Made by a program: the position numbers and the translations under genes. Below are positions 33,472 through 42,685 of a stretch of 64,000 nt of DNA, one piece after another (positions within the stretch are counted from its first letter, which is position 1; the number at the start of each line of letters is the position of its first letter). The DNA is from a virus. The stretch spans positions 32,001-96,000 of IMG/VR virus record IMGVR_UViG_3300045988_158973, one strand, 5' to 3'. The notes under the pieces were generated by a model. It made no database searches, had not been told where the DNA came from, and was given only the letters and a program-made list of their open reading frames with translations.

Positions 33472-34032
33472 TTAGTCAAATAACGTTCCGTTGGCGTATT
33501 TCATCACCCACACCTTAGATTCCAGTAGGTAGTCGCCCTCTTTAGCCATATCCACCAACCGCCAATACTGGGTAAATACGCGCCCCGTGGGGTCTTCTCC
33601 GGTGGCGGAATTGTAGCGCACCTCCATCCGTGTACGGCCAAAGTCGCGAAACCCCAACCGCGCAGCACGAAAGTGGTGTTCGTCGTCGGTGCTGGCCAGC
33701 GTCACGGCGATAGCATCCACCAGCGGTGCTACTTTCAACAACCCCTCAACGTCAGGGAACCCGGTGAATAGCTTGACGCGCACGGTGGGGTTTGACGCAC
33801 GGACTTGCTCTACGACTTCGATAACGCGCTGTGGGTAGTTCATCGGTTCGCCACCGATAATCTGTACCACCGGGAACTCACGCCCCAACGCGCGGCCCGT
33901 AGTGATACACACCTTGCCTTGTGCCGTCCACAGTTCACGCGCCGCCGCCAACACCTTCATTCCATAGGCGTCAACAGGCAATTCGTCAACGATCAAACGA
34001 CATATAGGTCCTCGCAGGTTCATAAGCATCAA
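33472..34032 (-). CDS. Radical-SAM-like TIM-barrel remnant lacking the CX3CX2C cluster (tentative)
   Basis: 186 aa. VVQIIGGEPMNYP resembles the GGEP SAM-binding motif, but there is no N-terminal Cys triad. Confidence 0.25.
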   Translation of the reverse strand: MMLMNLRGPICRLIVDELPVDAYGMKVLAAARELWTAQGKVCITTGRALGREFPVVQIIGGEPMNYPQRVIEVVEQVRASNPTVRVKLFTGFPDVEGLLKVAPLVDAIAVTLASTDDEHHFRAARLGFRDFGRTRMEVRYNSATGEDPTGRVFTQYWRLVDMAKEGDYLLESKVWVMKYANGTLFD

Positions 34033-34517
34033 CGGTTCTTGGTTCGTTTAACAACACGCCCTGTCTCTTCTGGCGTTTCGTCTAATCCGCGGTTGTAAGG
34101 TGCGTCGGCTATTTCGCTGAAGGGGTACGGCACCGGCATCGTATTCAGTTCGCGACGACTTACGAGGTCTTTCCACGAGCGTTTACGATATCCCCGCGTG
34201 TGCTTAAGAACGTTGGGGGGTATCATATCGGCTGGCGGTTCGTACGCAGGTGCGGGAGGCGGAGGAGGCGTTACGAGCGCTTTTGGTTTACGACCACGGC
34301 GTGAGGTGGGCTTCACGATGTTGGCGGTGTCGTTTTTACGGACTTTCCCCCTCTGACGGAGTAAACCCCTTCGCGACGCTGTACTGCGGACCGTAGCGAT
34401 CGCCAATCCCCATTTAGCACAATACGCCTTTACATCCATCGTGGCGTAGGTTTCGATGAGTTCTCGTAGCGCAGGGCTGCCTTCGTAAAGCACAGCGCGA
34501 TTTCCAGGTCGGGACAT
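34029..34517 (-). CDS. Hypothetical protein (HTH-like N-terminus, Pro-rich linker)
   Basis: 162-aa ORF. 4-nt overlap downstream. Confidence 0.45.
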   Translation of the reverse strand: MSRPGNRAVLYEGSPALRELIETYATMDVKAYCAKWGLAIATVRSTASRRGLLRQRGKVRKNDTANIVKPTSRRGRKPKALVTPPPPPAPAYEPPADMIPPNVLKHTRGYRKRSWKDLVSRRELNTMPVPYPFSEIADAPYNRGLDETPEETGRVVKRTKNR

Positions 34518-34518
34518 A

Positions 34519-34755
34519 TCACAGGTAAGTTAGGGTGGTGGTGTATTTAGCGCGTTCTTCATTCAACAGGGCCAACAGCCGTTCTTCAGAGCGCGTAGAA
34601 GACCCTTCGTGGTGGTATTCATCCAGCGTGAGGTCCACTTCAGCGTCGTTGTGGACAGGATAACCCTTACCGCTGGTGATGAGTTTGCGTTCAGCCTTCA
34701 CGCGTTGACGGCGGACGTCTTCGATTTGGCGTATAATTTCGTCTTTCGTCATCAC
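34519..34755 (-). CDS. Hypothetical small protein
   Basis: 78-aa ORF. Confidence 0.45.
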   Translation of the reverse strand: MMTKDEIIRQIEDVRRQRVKAERKLITSGKGYPVHNDAEVDLTLDEYHHEGSSTRSEERLLALLNEERAKYTTTLTYL

Positions 34756-35081
34756 CGCGTTAGTTTCAACATCCAGTCGCGGAAGTGGTACGGCGCTCCG
34801 GGTGTGTATTCAATCATTTCACCAGTACGCAAGTTACGCAGGTGATAGGTAGGGAAAATTGCTTCAGGTTCGCCGCCAACGATTAGACACGTGTCTTCAC
34901 CGCGGCCAGCGCCAGTGTACATTTCTTCCAACAGCCCAATAGGGTCGTCGTTGGCGTCATCGTACACCACACCTTCTAATTCCATGAACGTGGCTTCGTC
35001 GTACTCGACGCCAACGTGTTCTGCTATTTCGGGCCACGTCTTAACCTTTACGCGGGTGCCGATACGGTACAGGGGATTCAT
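34752..35081 (-). CDS. Hypothetical protein
   Basis: 109-aa ORF. 4-nt overlaps on both sides. Confidence 0.45.
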   Translation of the reverse strand: MNPLYRIGTRVKVKTWPEIAEHVGVEYDEATFMELEGVVYDDANDDPIGLLEEMYTGAGRGEDTCLIVGGEPEAIFPTYHLRNLRTGEMIEYTPGAPYHFRDWMLKLTR

Positions 35082-35416
35082 TTCTGGGGTTGTTTAGGAC
35101 GTTCAGGGTCGTAGGTATTGATAGTGTTCTGTATTTTACGGAGGTTGTACGCAACGTGGACCTCTTTAGCCATCAGCGTCTGGCGATACGCTTCAACGAG
35201 ATGAGGCCGGAGTGCGTCGAGCATTTCACCGTTGATGGCGGCATCGGTCAACACCTTACCTTCAAGGTCGGTGATGTTGATAATGACGGCAGAACCAAAA
35301 TACGTGCCGTCGTTCACGTGTGCCAGCGTGTCCACCGCTTTCATCACAGCGTCAGCTGTTTGGACTTCGCTTTTGCGTCGCTCGGCGAGAAATTGTTTGA
35401 GGGTTTTGGATTTCAT
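35078..35416 (-). CDS. Hypothetical protein
   Basis: 112-aa ORF. Confidence 0.45.
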   Translation of the reverse strand: MKSKTLKQFLAERRKSEVQTADAVMKAVDTLAHVNDGTYFGSAVIINITDLEGKVLTDAAINGEMLDALRPHLVEAYRQTLMAKEVHVAYNLRKIQNTINTYDPERPKQPQK

Positions 35417-35436
35417 AACGAATATACGATTTAGTT

Positions 35437-35544
35437 CTACAATCTTACAACGGCGTCTAAATAGGCTTCAGCGCCTTCAACGCTGGGCGTTTCAGCCTCC
35501 CAGCCAGCAGCGTAGGCCGCAGCGATAATCATTTCACGTGTCAT
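35437..35544 (-). CDS. Possible 35-aa ORF (below track cutoff)
   Basis: My translation: MTREMIIAAAYAAGWEAETPSVEGAEAYLDAVVRL*. It fills the gap between two genes. Confidence 0.25.
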   Translation of the reverse strand: MTREMIIAAAYAAGWEAETPSVEGAEAYLDAVVRL

Positions 35545-35548
35545 AGGG

Positions 35549-35737
35549 CTACCGATTTAAGCGTTCTACTATACGGGCCATCACATACAAGCCATACCCA
35601 CCAACGCAAACTCCAAGGAGTTTCATCAGCCCGTCACCGTACCATACCAAGTTCACGCCAACAAACGCTATTACGACGACGATTATAACCAGCGCCCACG
35701 CAGCGCGTTCTTCCAGCTGTTTACGATTCTTATCCAT
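35549..35737 (-). CDS. Small two-TM membrane protein
   Basis: 62 aa. AAWALVIIVVVIAFVGVNLVWY and LLGVCVGGYGLYVMA. Confidence 0.45.
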   Translation of the reverse strand: MDKNRKQLEERAAWALVIIVVVIAFVGVNLVWYGDGLMKLLGVCVGGYGLYVMARIVERLNR

Positions 35738-35751
35738 TTCGCCAAGTGTTT

Positions 35752-35865
35752 TTAGAACATCGAAACCATCAATCCGACCACAGCCAGCGTTCCGGCCATC
35801 AATCCAACGAACATCAGTACACGAGCCGTAACTTCAAGAGCGGAGATAAGATTAAAGCGTTTCAT
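35752..35865 (-). CDS. Possible 37-aa hydrophobic peptide (below track cutoff)
   Basis: My translation: MKRFNLISALEVTARVLMFVGLMAGTLAVVGLMVSMF*. First ORF after promoter iv. Confidence 0.35.
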   Translation of the reverse strand: MKRFNLISALEVTARVLMFVGLMAGTLAVVGLMVSMF

Positions 35866-35894
35866 AGTTCAAGTATTTTAGTTTCATTTTCCAA

Positions 35895-35932
35895 GAGCGA
35901 AGGTAGTGTAAATCTCCAAGAGTTCAAAGAGA
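35895..35932 (-). promoter_or_regulatory. Conserved Bacteroidota-type promoter, copy iv
   Basis: Minus strand CTCTTTGAACTCTTGGAGATTTACACTACCTTCGCTCTTGG: TTTG, 19 nt, TACCTTCG. Confidence 0.55.
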
Positions 35933-35980
35933 ATTACGAAAAATCTTCCAAGAAATGAAAACTTTTTTCGTAAACCGCCA

Positions 35981-36020
35981 ACAAAAGACCCCAGCCGACG
36001 GGGGTGGTGTCAGGCTGGGG
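35981..36020 (-). terminator. Rho-independent terminator after 36075..36623
   Basis: Minus strand CCCCAGCC-16 nt loop-GGCTGGGG followed by TCTTTTGT. Confidence 0.6.
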
Positions 36021-36074
36021 CTTACAGAAAAGAAGTGTTGTTACCGCCTCGCGGCGTCACGTGATATAACGTTG

Positions 36075-36623
36075 TTAGATGAACCGCCGCGCGATCCACG
36101 AAATGTATTCAGCGCGTACCGCTGCGCGTTCGTTATCGCCGCGTTCACCACGCTGCTCACAGATATACGCTCGGCGTGCTATTTCGTAACACGGTAAGTC
36201 GCCCACCTGCTCCATCATCCACTGGTAGGGGTCGGTGTGGGGTGCAGCGCCAACGCCAGTCACCTCGCCATACCTGGTGTCAACGTTGATAGTTACAACG
36301 ATCGGGAAGTCCATCATGTCTTGGCGTTTCAACGTCAGCATCACCTCACGCAGGTGGTCGCCGTTAGCGTATACAGCGTCGTAATATTCTGCGTACACAC
36401 CATTGCTTAACGCCTTGGCTTCAGGGTCACGTCGGTAAGCCTTAAGCGCTCGGCGAGCGATACGGTCAACCACCTCGTCCCACGGCATCGTGTCGGAGTC
36501 GTGTTCGTCGAACCCAAACAGATACCTCACCCAAGAAAACGACGGGCGGTGCTCCCACCACATCACTATCAGAATCGCTACCGCACACGCCAACGCGGCG
36601 AAGAGTGTGAATTTATCCTCCAT
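36075..36623 (-). CDS. Membrane-anchored hypothetical protein
   Basis: 182 aa. N-terminal TM FTLFAALACAVAILIVMWW. Confidence 0.5.
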   Translation of the reverse strand: MEDKFTLFAALACAVAILIVMWWEHRPSFSWVRYLFGFDEHDSDTMPWDEVVDRIARRALKAYRRDPEAKALSNGVYAEYYDAVYANGDHLREVMLTLKRQDMMDFPIVVTINVDTRYGEVTGVGAAPHTDPYQWMMEQVGDLPCYEIARRAYICEQRGERGDNERAAVRAEYISWIARRFI

Positions 36624-36641
36624 TTTGGTCTTGAATTTTGA

Positions 36642-37190
36642 TTATCTTCCGTGAAACGTCACTTTGTACCACCCAGCCCCTGCGACGGCCACAAATCGTA
36701 TTTCACGATATCCCGGCTGGAGGCTGATGTACACCGCTGCTGACGTGTTGGCGAACGCGGCGATGACGTCAGTTTCGGCTTCAGGCGCGGTGATCTTCTC
36801 TACCACGGTGTCAGGACGCACGTCAAAGCCCAACGACCGAATAGCGCCCATAACATAGTCCGACGTTTCAACGCGACGCTGGAGCGTGGCGAACAACGCT
36901 TCGAAGTCGGTGCGGAATTCGCTGAACGAGCGTGCAACGGCGGCTTCGTTGGTGGCGGGAGTAGTGTTGTCGCCAACCACTACCACATATCGTTGACGTG
37001 TGTATACGTCGTTGGGGAGGCTGATTTCTTGTGATACGCGCCAACCGATCTCAGCGGTCTTTTCAGCGAGGTAGTGAATACGCTCTTCGCGTTCACGATC
37101 CAGATTCACCAACACGTCAGCCTCAGCAGCGGTGATAAGTTCCACAGGCTGGCCATTCCAGCGCGATTTGAAGTCTTGAATTTCCATCAC
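36642..37190 (-). CDS. Hypothetical protein
   Basis: 182-aa ORF. Confidence 0.5.
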   Translation of the reverse strand: MMEIQDFKSRWNGQPVELITAAEADVLVNLDREREERIHYLAEKTAEIGWRVSQEISLPNDVYTRQRYVVVVGDNTTPATNEAAVARSFSEFRTDFEALFATLQRRVETSDYVMGAIRSLGFDVRPDTVVEKITAPEAETDVIAAFANTSAAVYISLQPGYREIRFVAVAGAGWYKVTFHGR

Positions 37191-38425
37191 TTCTTGAATT
37201 TTGATTTTTGCTTTTTGTTGAATTTGTGTTGCGGTACGCGTCCTTCCTCACGTGTGAGTTCGTGTTCGTCGTCCGGTGTTTTATTAAACTTTGAACGCCA
37301 AAAGTCAACTTCAGCGTCAGCACGCTGTTTAGGGCCTTCCAACACTTCACGCTGCCGAGCGATACGCTGTAAGAACAGCTGCTTTATAGCCTCGCTTGAG
37401 GTACGCTCTTCAGGGGTGAGAGGTTCGGCCTTGACGTCTTCCACTTCGTCGATACCGTTGACAGCGTGGTTGTGTTGAATACGGTTGAAGTCGTAGTTCA
37501 TCGACGATGGGTACTCCATTTCGGCTTGGGGATCGTATTCTTCGCTGGTAGGCATAAAGCGGGCGTAATACGAGTTGTGCAGTCCGGCGACGAGTTTCGG
37601 TAGACTCCAGTTCATACGCGCAGCCACACGGCCAAGGATTATCTCCTTGAGGTTGACCGACTTGTATATGGTTTGTTGGATGTGAAGGCGTATTTCGGTT
37701 TCGACGTTGACGTCGATGGCGCCGTTAACGAATATCTGGTCCCCCTCGGCCTCTTTACGAATCTGTTCCAAGGTGCGTAACATCGAGTTATACGCATCGT
37801 TAGAACGAAGAGCCTTGTAGCGAGTTTTCATCTGGGTGTACATCCAACTCAACTCTTCCAACCGCGGTCGTTTTGAGTATAGGCGCACGTCTTGTACGCG
37901 GTTACGGAATTCGTCACGACGTTTTTCAATATCGTTTATAAACCGCTTCAAGACGTCTTGAACGTACGACAGTTCTACCTCTATTTCACGGCTTTCAGCC
38001 AGAATGCGTACTACCTCACGCGGAGTGAACATTTTCCCCAAAAGTTCCTTGACGTCTTCTACCAGCGACACGTCACTCAAATGGAGCGCTGCGTGTTCGG
38101 CTTTTTCAGCCTGTTTACGCTTACGCGCCAAATCGAACGATCCGCGTGCGACGGCCAAAAGGCGGTTGGCGGTGATTTGGGCCTTGCGGCGTGCGCTGTA
38201 TAGTTCCAATATCTCTTCTCGTTCGCTGGTAGAGAGGTGCTTAATGGTTTCGTTGAGTTTACGGGGGAACCACAGTAAGTTGATTTCCGTACCGTCCGAC
38301 GCTAACACATGAATGCGTTTCAACGTCGCCGACTCTTTCATCACCAAATACTTCTTCCACGCCACTGAATCAACGATTTCCGGTGGCACAGGGGCGTTTA
38401 ATATGTCCTTGAAGTCTTTGTCCAT
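37187..38425 (-). CDS. Hypothetical protein (helical, basic C-terminus)
   Basis: 412-aa ORF. Motif variant CCAACAGTTAT lies 32 nt upstream. Confidence 0.55.
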   Translation of the reverse strand: MDKDFKDILNAPVPPEIVDSVAWKKYLVMKESATLKRIHVLASDGTEINLLWFPRKLNETIKHLSTSEREEILELYSARRKAQITANRLLAVARGSFDLARKRKQAEKAEHAALHLSDVSLVEDVKELLGKMFTPREVVRILAESREIEVELSYVQDVLKRFINDIEKRRDEFRNRVQDVRLYSKRPRLEELSWMYTQMKTRYKALRSNDAYNSMLRTLEQIRKEAEGDQIFVNGAIDVNVETEIRLHIQQTIYKSVNLKEIILGRVAARMNWSLPKLVAGLHNSYYARFMPTSEEYDPQAEMEYPSSMNYDFNRIQHNHAVNGIDEVEDVKAEPLTPEERTSSEAIKQLFLQRIARQREVLEGPKQRADAEVDFWRSKFNKTPDDEHELTREEGRVPQHKFNKKQKSKFKK

Positions 38426-38457
38426 CTTCGTTTTGCTATATTGTTCTCTTGTTGATA

Positions 38458-38468
38458 ATAACTGTTGG
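38458..38468 (-). promoter_or_regulatory. CCAACGTTAT-like motif (CCAACAGTTAT)
   Basis: One-nt insertion variant upstream of ATG 38425. Confidence 0.25.
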
Positions 38469-38470
38469 CG

Positions 38471-38812
38471 CTAATCTTCTACTATTGACGACGGCGGTTG
38501 AGGGTTGTTGGCGTCGCGTTTGTATAGCGACGGCGCCACTTCGTTACGATAGTCCATGAACGCCCAACGGTTGTGGTCACCACTCAACGCGCCCAACAAT
38601 TCACGATCGCGCCAAATGTTATTACGAACTGGAAAGGGCTGGCGTCGCATACGCGTGGGGACGATGCCGTAGTTTATCGTGTTACGCGCCGTGCCTTCAC
38701 TGACCTTTACGGCGTCAGCAACCGTTAAACGAAACGCCTGACCCGCATCCTCTGGGTAGAGTATCGGAATCAGGAGTCCGTCGCGTGTTTTATAGATTTC
38801 GTATTTCATCAC
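38471..38812 (-). CDS. Hypothetical protein
   Basis: 113-aa ORF. Confidence 0.45.
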   Translation of the reverse strand: MMKYEIYKTRDGLLIPILYPEDAGQAFRLTVADAVKVSEGTARNTINYGIVPTRMRRQPFPVRNNIWRDRELLGALSGDHNRWAFMDYRNEVAPSLYKRDANNPQPPSSIVED

Positions 38813-39084
38813 TCATACTTTTTGGCGTAGAATAACCGCCAACGCCAATACGGTATCTTACCCTCGTCGAAGAACAACACAACATTAATATCATTTTGAC
38901 ACACCACGCAGTGAACAACGTCTGGTTCGTGAAGACGTGATGAGCGGATGATTTCGTTTTGACGAAATAAGACCTTCGTCCCGCATATTTTACAACGCTT
39001 CAAATAAGCCGGGTTTTCGTTGTAGGCTTTACGTCTCATATTTCGCTCACGGCGGCTTTCAGTACCTTGTTTCAAGATTATCAT
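38809..39084 (-). CDS. Small zinc-ribbon protein
   Basis: 91 aa. CKICGTK...HCVVCQND. Confidence 0.45.
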   Translation of the reverse strand: MIILKQGTESRRERNMRRKAYNENPAYLKRCKICGTKVLFRQNEIIRSSRLHEPDVVHCVVCQNDINVVLFFDEGKIPYWRWRLFYAKKYE

Positions 39085-39275
39085 CGTTTGGCGTTTTTAG
39101 TGCGTTTTTCGCGTTCCTTGAAGAGCAACCAACGTAGACGGTTGGCGATAGCTGTTAGCTGTTGGTCGTCGAAGACTACTGCTTCACGCTGGTCGAGGTG
39201 TACGTCTATTATTCCAACCAGCGTTTCAAGTTCTTCAACTTCCAAGCGGATATTATTTCGCGGTGTGTTGTTCAT
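39081..39275 (-). CDS. Hypothetical small protein
   Basis: 64-aa ORF. 4-nt overlaps. Confidence 0.4.
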   Translation of the reverse strand: MNNTPRNNIRLEVEELETLVGIIDVHLDQREAVVFDDQQLTAIANRLRWLLFKEREKRTKNAKR

Positions 39276-39493
39276 TTGCGGTTCTTTATTTTACGTCTCA
39301 AGGCATCAATTCGTTGACGCGGTGAAACGCTTATGGCTGTAAGGTGAAACACGCCTTTACTCATATATCCCTCAACGGTGGTCTGCAGGTCACCAGTTTC
39401 AAGACCGTCGTCTACTCCAATCACCAGTTCTGCGTCACACGGCGCTGGAGATGGCGTTCCAAATTTCAATTCCTTGAATACTCGATCATCCAT
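39272..39493 (-). CDS. Hypothetical small protein
   Basis: 73-aa ORF. Confidence 0.4.
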   Translation of the reverse strand: MDDRVFKELKFGTPSPAPCDAELVIGVDDGLETGDLQTTVEGYMSKGVFHLTAISVSPRQRIDALRRKIKNRK

Positions 39494-39505
39494 TGTTACG
39501 CGATA

Positions 39506-40066
39506 TTAGATTTTACGTTGCTTTTTCTTGCGCTGATACGCCAAGCGGATATTTTGGCCCGTGAGTTGTGCGTATTCCGCTTTTGTTACTTCGCGACAGT
39601 CGGCGGGTATTACAGCACGTCCCGTTGTTACCATCCACTCTGATACAGCGAAGCCGAACTCCACGCCAACGATCTTGATGTTGGCCTCAACATCCACGCG
39701 ACAACCTGCGAAGTAGTCCGTGTAACCCACCAACGCATTTACTTCGTTGCGGCCAACACGCGGAAGACGCTGTATACACTCTTGCGCACGTTTACCTTCT
39801 GGCGTGGAGGTGTCGGGACGATATTGGTTATACAACGGCGATCCGTCGCGTTTCCACCCCGTGGGTGCGTCGTGAGGGAATTCAACGGTACTTATACCGC
39901 CAGCCCAAAGCAACTTCGCTGGACGATAACCCACACCACCAACACCTTTTACAAACGAGCGCGCAGCGTTTAAGGCTTGGATTCTTCGCCACGCCAACGC
40001 GAATATAACGTCGTAAGTCTTGGTGCCTGATGGCGTAACGTAGTATTTCATCGTTTCTTTTTCCAT
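39506..40066 (-). CDS. Hypothetical protein
   Basis: 186-aa ORF. Confidence 0.5.
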   Translation of the reverse strand: MEKETMKYYVTPSGTKTYDVIFALAWRRIQALNAARSFVKGVGGVGYRPAKLLWAGGISTVEFPHDAPTGWKRDGSPLYNQYRPDTSTPEGKRAQECIQRLPRVGRNEVNALVGYTDYFAGCRVDVEANIKIVGVEFGFAVSEWMVTTGRAVIPADCREVTKAEYAQLTGQNIRLAYQRKKKQRKI

Positions 40067-40836
40067 ATTTCACTTTCCTTTTGTAACATCGCGTCAGCGT
40101 ACAGTAGGGCACCGAATAACGCCGCAGCGATATTACGATCGATGTATAAGTTCTTCGACTGGTCGATTTCTACCAACACGCGGTTGTCGTCCAAAAGTTC
40201 GAGACGCACACGCCCATACGCCAACAGTTCCATCATTATGTCCTCAAGTGTAAACGCTGGCTGATAGCGGTGGGTGTGTAGGCCATCAAACGCTCGCGGT
40301 GGTGAGGTGGTGAGCAGCGTGCCTGACTGGTGTCCACGACGCAGTAAGTACCCCAGCTGTTTACGGGGTTTTAAGCCCCTTTTCAAGAGTTCTGCTGATG
40401 CTGGGGCCGGTAATACGTCAGCGCCGATCAACGACTCTGTATAGGCTTGTTTAGGGCCATACTGCGAGGGGTATTGGTCGTCGGGCGTGGGGATGTGCGG
40501 TAGGCGTCCTTCCAGTACGCGCTTATCGACTTTTTCTGAGCGGCCGTCAGTAGCATACCATTGGCCGTCGTAGTGTGACGGACGACGTTCAAACCAGTGA
40601 AACGTGCCATCAGCGTCAGCCGTGTAATATCCCGGTTTAATAGCTACCATCGACGAAGAACGCAGTGGGACGTATTCACCGGGAAGTAACGTAGCGCCAT
40701 CAAGAAGGATTCGAGCCTGTTCTTCGGTGACAGCCTCGGTCTTGGCTTCGCTGAAGAACAGCCGATGGTCACCTACCTTCATAGGGTGCTGCGCGGCAAC
40801 GGCATAACCGTCAGCGGTTCTAATCAACCACGCCAT
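40048..40836 (-). CDS. Hypothetical protein
   Basis: 262-aa ORF. Confidence 0.5.
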   Translation of the reverse strand: MAWLIRTADGYAVAAQHPMKVGDHRLFFSEAKTEAVTEEQARILLDGATLLPGEYVPLRSSSMVAIKPGYYTADADGTFHWFERRPSHYDGQWYATDGRSEKVDKRVLEGRLPHIPTPDDQYPSQYGPKQAYTESLIGADVLPAPASAELLKRGLKPRKQLGYLLRRGHQSGTLLTTSPPRAFDGLHTHRYQPAFTLEDIMMELLAYGRVRLELLDDNRVLVEIDQSKNLYIDRNIAAALFGALLYADAMLQKESEIWKKKR

Positions 40837-41299
40837 ACTCTTCCTTCAGTATTTCGTAGAACTCACGCGGCCAAATGATATTATCAGGCAGCGGCACCAA
40901 GAACGACGCCAACGCCATAGCAAAAGCCCACGCCACCTCCTCAACGAGCCAACCTGCAATTCCGCAACCGATCTTAGTGACGTAGAAGGTCAATTCGGGG
41001 TGTTGGGAGGTGTAAAGGATGAAGCGATCACACGCTTCCACCAATTGCTGTTCCGGAATGCGTATTTTCTGCCACGAGGGGAGAACTGACATATCGTCTT
41101 CGTCCGTCCACTTGACGTATTCCATCGTCGGGATGGCGTAGCTTTGTCCTTGAGGACCTTCGGCGACACCGTTCACAGCGCCAAAACGCTTCAACGCAGT
41201 AAGGGCTGCGCCACCGCAGTGGTCGCCGTCGGTATTAGAACCAAAGACGAACACACCATAATCAGGCAGGTGGCCAATATTTTCAGGTGTGAATTTCAT
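40820..41299 (-). CDS. Conserved phage Rossmann-like (SLOG-like) protein, function unknown
   Basis: 159 aa. GVFVFGSNTDGDHCGGAALTALKRFGAVNGVAEGPQGQSYAIPT is a motif I recall from a widespread phage non-structural family (GSN..G.HG.GAA...SYAIPT). Confidence 0.35.
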   Translation of the reverse strand: MKFTPENIGHLPDYGVFVFGSNTDGDHCGGAALTALKRFGAVNGVAEGPQGQSYAIPTMEYVKWTDEDDMSVLPSWQKIRIPEQQLVEACDRFILYTSQHPELTFYVTKIGCGIAGWLVEEVAWAFAMALASFLVPLPDNIIWPREFYEILKEEYGVVD

Positions 41300-41304
41300 A
41301 GTGA

Positions 41305-41514
41305 TTAGATTTCTTCAATTTCTCCACGTTGGAGCATTTTCTTGTGTTTTACCAAGTCGATCGACGTTGTAGAACGCGATCCGTCGGCGCCGATAAACTG
41401 AACGCCAAGTTGCTTTTCGTTAGGACGTATCTTCAGTACCTGAAAAGGAACGCCTGTAGGGTGGGTGTACGTACCGCCAACGCGGAAGAACCGTGCTTTG
41501 CTTTTATTGGCCAT
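41305..41514 (-). CDS. Hypothetical small protein (SH3-like pattern)
   Basis: Trimmed to ATG 41514 (MANKSKARFF) to limit the overlap with the upstream gene. Confidence 0.4.
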   Translation of the reverse strand: MANKSKARFFRVGGTYTHPTGVPFQVLKIRPNEKQLGVQFIGADGSRSTTSIDLVKHKKMLQRGEIEEI

Positions 41515-42160
41515 CGGTGAGGGTGTTGAGGCGGTTGATGATACGGTTGAAGTCGGCTTCGAGGTCGATGAGGGTTTTTTGGCCTTCATCGCTGGCGTAG
41601 GTGCATTTCTCGGAGATGAGGTTGCTGATATTGTGGGCGAGCATCCTCACGTTGTTACGCCGAGCCTCGTAGAACAGGGCTTCAATCTTGCGCGGTGAAG
41701 CGTATCGGAAGGTCGAATGCCCGGTTTGGTGATGTTCGGAGGGAACCATCACTTCTTCCTCATCGCGGCGTATACGACGATGAGCCGTGAACGGTTCGAC
41801 TTGGGCGTTTACCGTCCCCGATATAGGGTCCATACGAACCAACCGCACGTAATCTTCACTTTCGTGCAGCGAAACGCGGAAAATACCCAATACCTTCCCG
41901 CAGTACTCTTCGTACACCAAGTCACCTTCGAAAAGGTACTGCGGGTGTACCGGAGCGACGCGGAACTGCTCGTGGGTGATGATGTCGGGGTAGCAGTTTT
42001 CCTTACCTTCGTACACGATCATCAACGCCGCCTCTCCTCCTTCGTCTTCGCCAAATGACTTACGCACGCTGGCTTGACCAACGATGGTGAACGCCTTGGT
42101 CTGCTCACCGCGGTAATACCACATACCGCTGAATTTCTGAATACGATCTATGCAGCTCAT
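41504..42160 (-). CDS. Hypothetical protein
   Basis: Trimmed to ATG 42160 (MSCIDRIQ), which follows the upstream TAG at 42162..42164. Confidence 0.5.
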   Translation of the reverse strand: MSCIDRIQKFSGMWYYRGEQTKAFTIVGQASVRKSFGEDEGGEAALMIVYEGKENCYPDIITHEQFRVAPVHPQYLFEGDLVYEEYCGKVLGIFRVSLHESEDYVRLVRMDPISGTVNAQVEPFTAHRRIRRDEEEVMVPSEHHQTGHSTFRYASPRKIEALFYEARRNNVRMLAHNISNLISEKCTYASDEGQKTLIDLEADFNRIINRLNTLTDGQ

Positions 42161-42161
42161 A

Positions 42162-42554
42162 CTATTGGTAGTTTTCCGAAAGTTCTTGAAATTTGTGGTG
42201 ATACTCGTTTTGGCGGCTGGCATTGCCAATACGTTCACGCCAAGCGGTGATGCCTTCGCCCACCGGCAGCACGTTTTCGTACTGGGAAACTTGGCGCTGA
42301 TCAGCCCACGAACGCTGAGCCGTGGGCATCATATAGGCCACCACCTCCCACTCGTAGGGCGAATGGAGGACGTTCTTCAGATAATCGTAGTGGACCACCA
42401 TTTCGATGGGGTCCTGAGTCCGGAACGCGAAGTCCGGGTCGGCCGTTTCGGAGAAGCCACGGCCACGGCCAATCAACCCCGACCGCAACCACTGGTGATA
42501 GGAGGGCTTGCCGGAGTCGTTAGTTCGCTTCAAAAGGTAATAAAGAGTCTTCAT
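42162..42554 (-). CDS. Hypothetical protein
   Basis: Trimmed to ATG 42554 (MKTLYYLL). A CCAACGTTAT motif lies 26 nt upstream. Confidence 0.5.
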   Translation of the reverse strand: MKTLYYLLKRTNDSGKPSYHQWLRSGLIGRGRGFSETADPDFAFRTQDPIEMVVHYDYLKNVLHSPYEWEVVAYMMPTAQRSWADQRQVSQYENVLPVGEGITAWRERIGNASRQNEYHHKFQELSENYQ

Positions 42555-42580
42555 TGTAGTGTTTTTGTAATCACTTCTTG

Positions 42581-42590
42581 ATAACGTTGG
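42581..42590 (-). promoter_or_regulatory. CCAACGTTAT motif copy
   Basis: Perfect 10-mer in the 130-nt gap after the UvrD-like gene. Confidence 0.35.
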
Positions 42591-42685
42591 CGATTTCACG
42601 CGGTGACGGAACGCCGCGTTGTTGGCGTGACGGGTGGGGACGCTTGATGGGTTCGTCGTCGTGATCCTCAATGCGGTCTTCAGCC

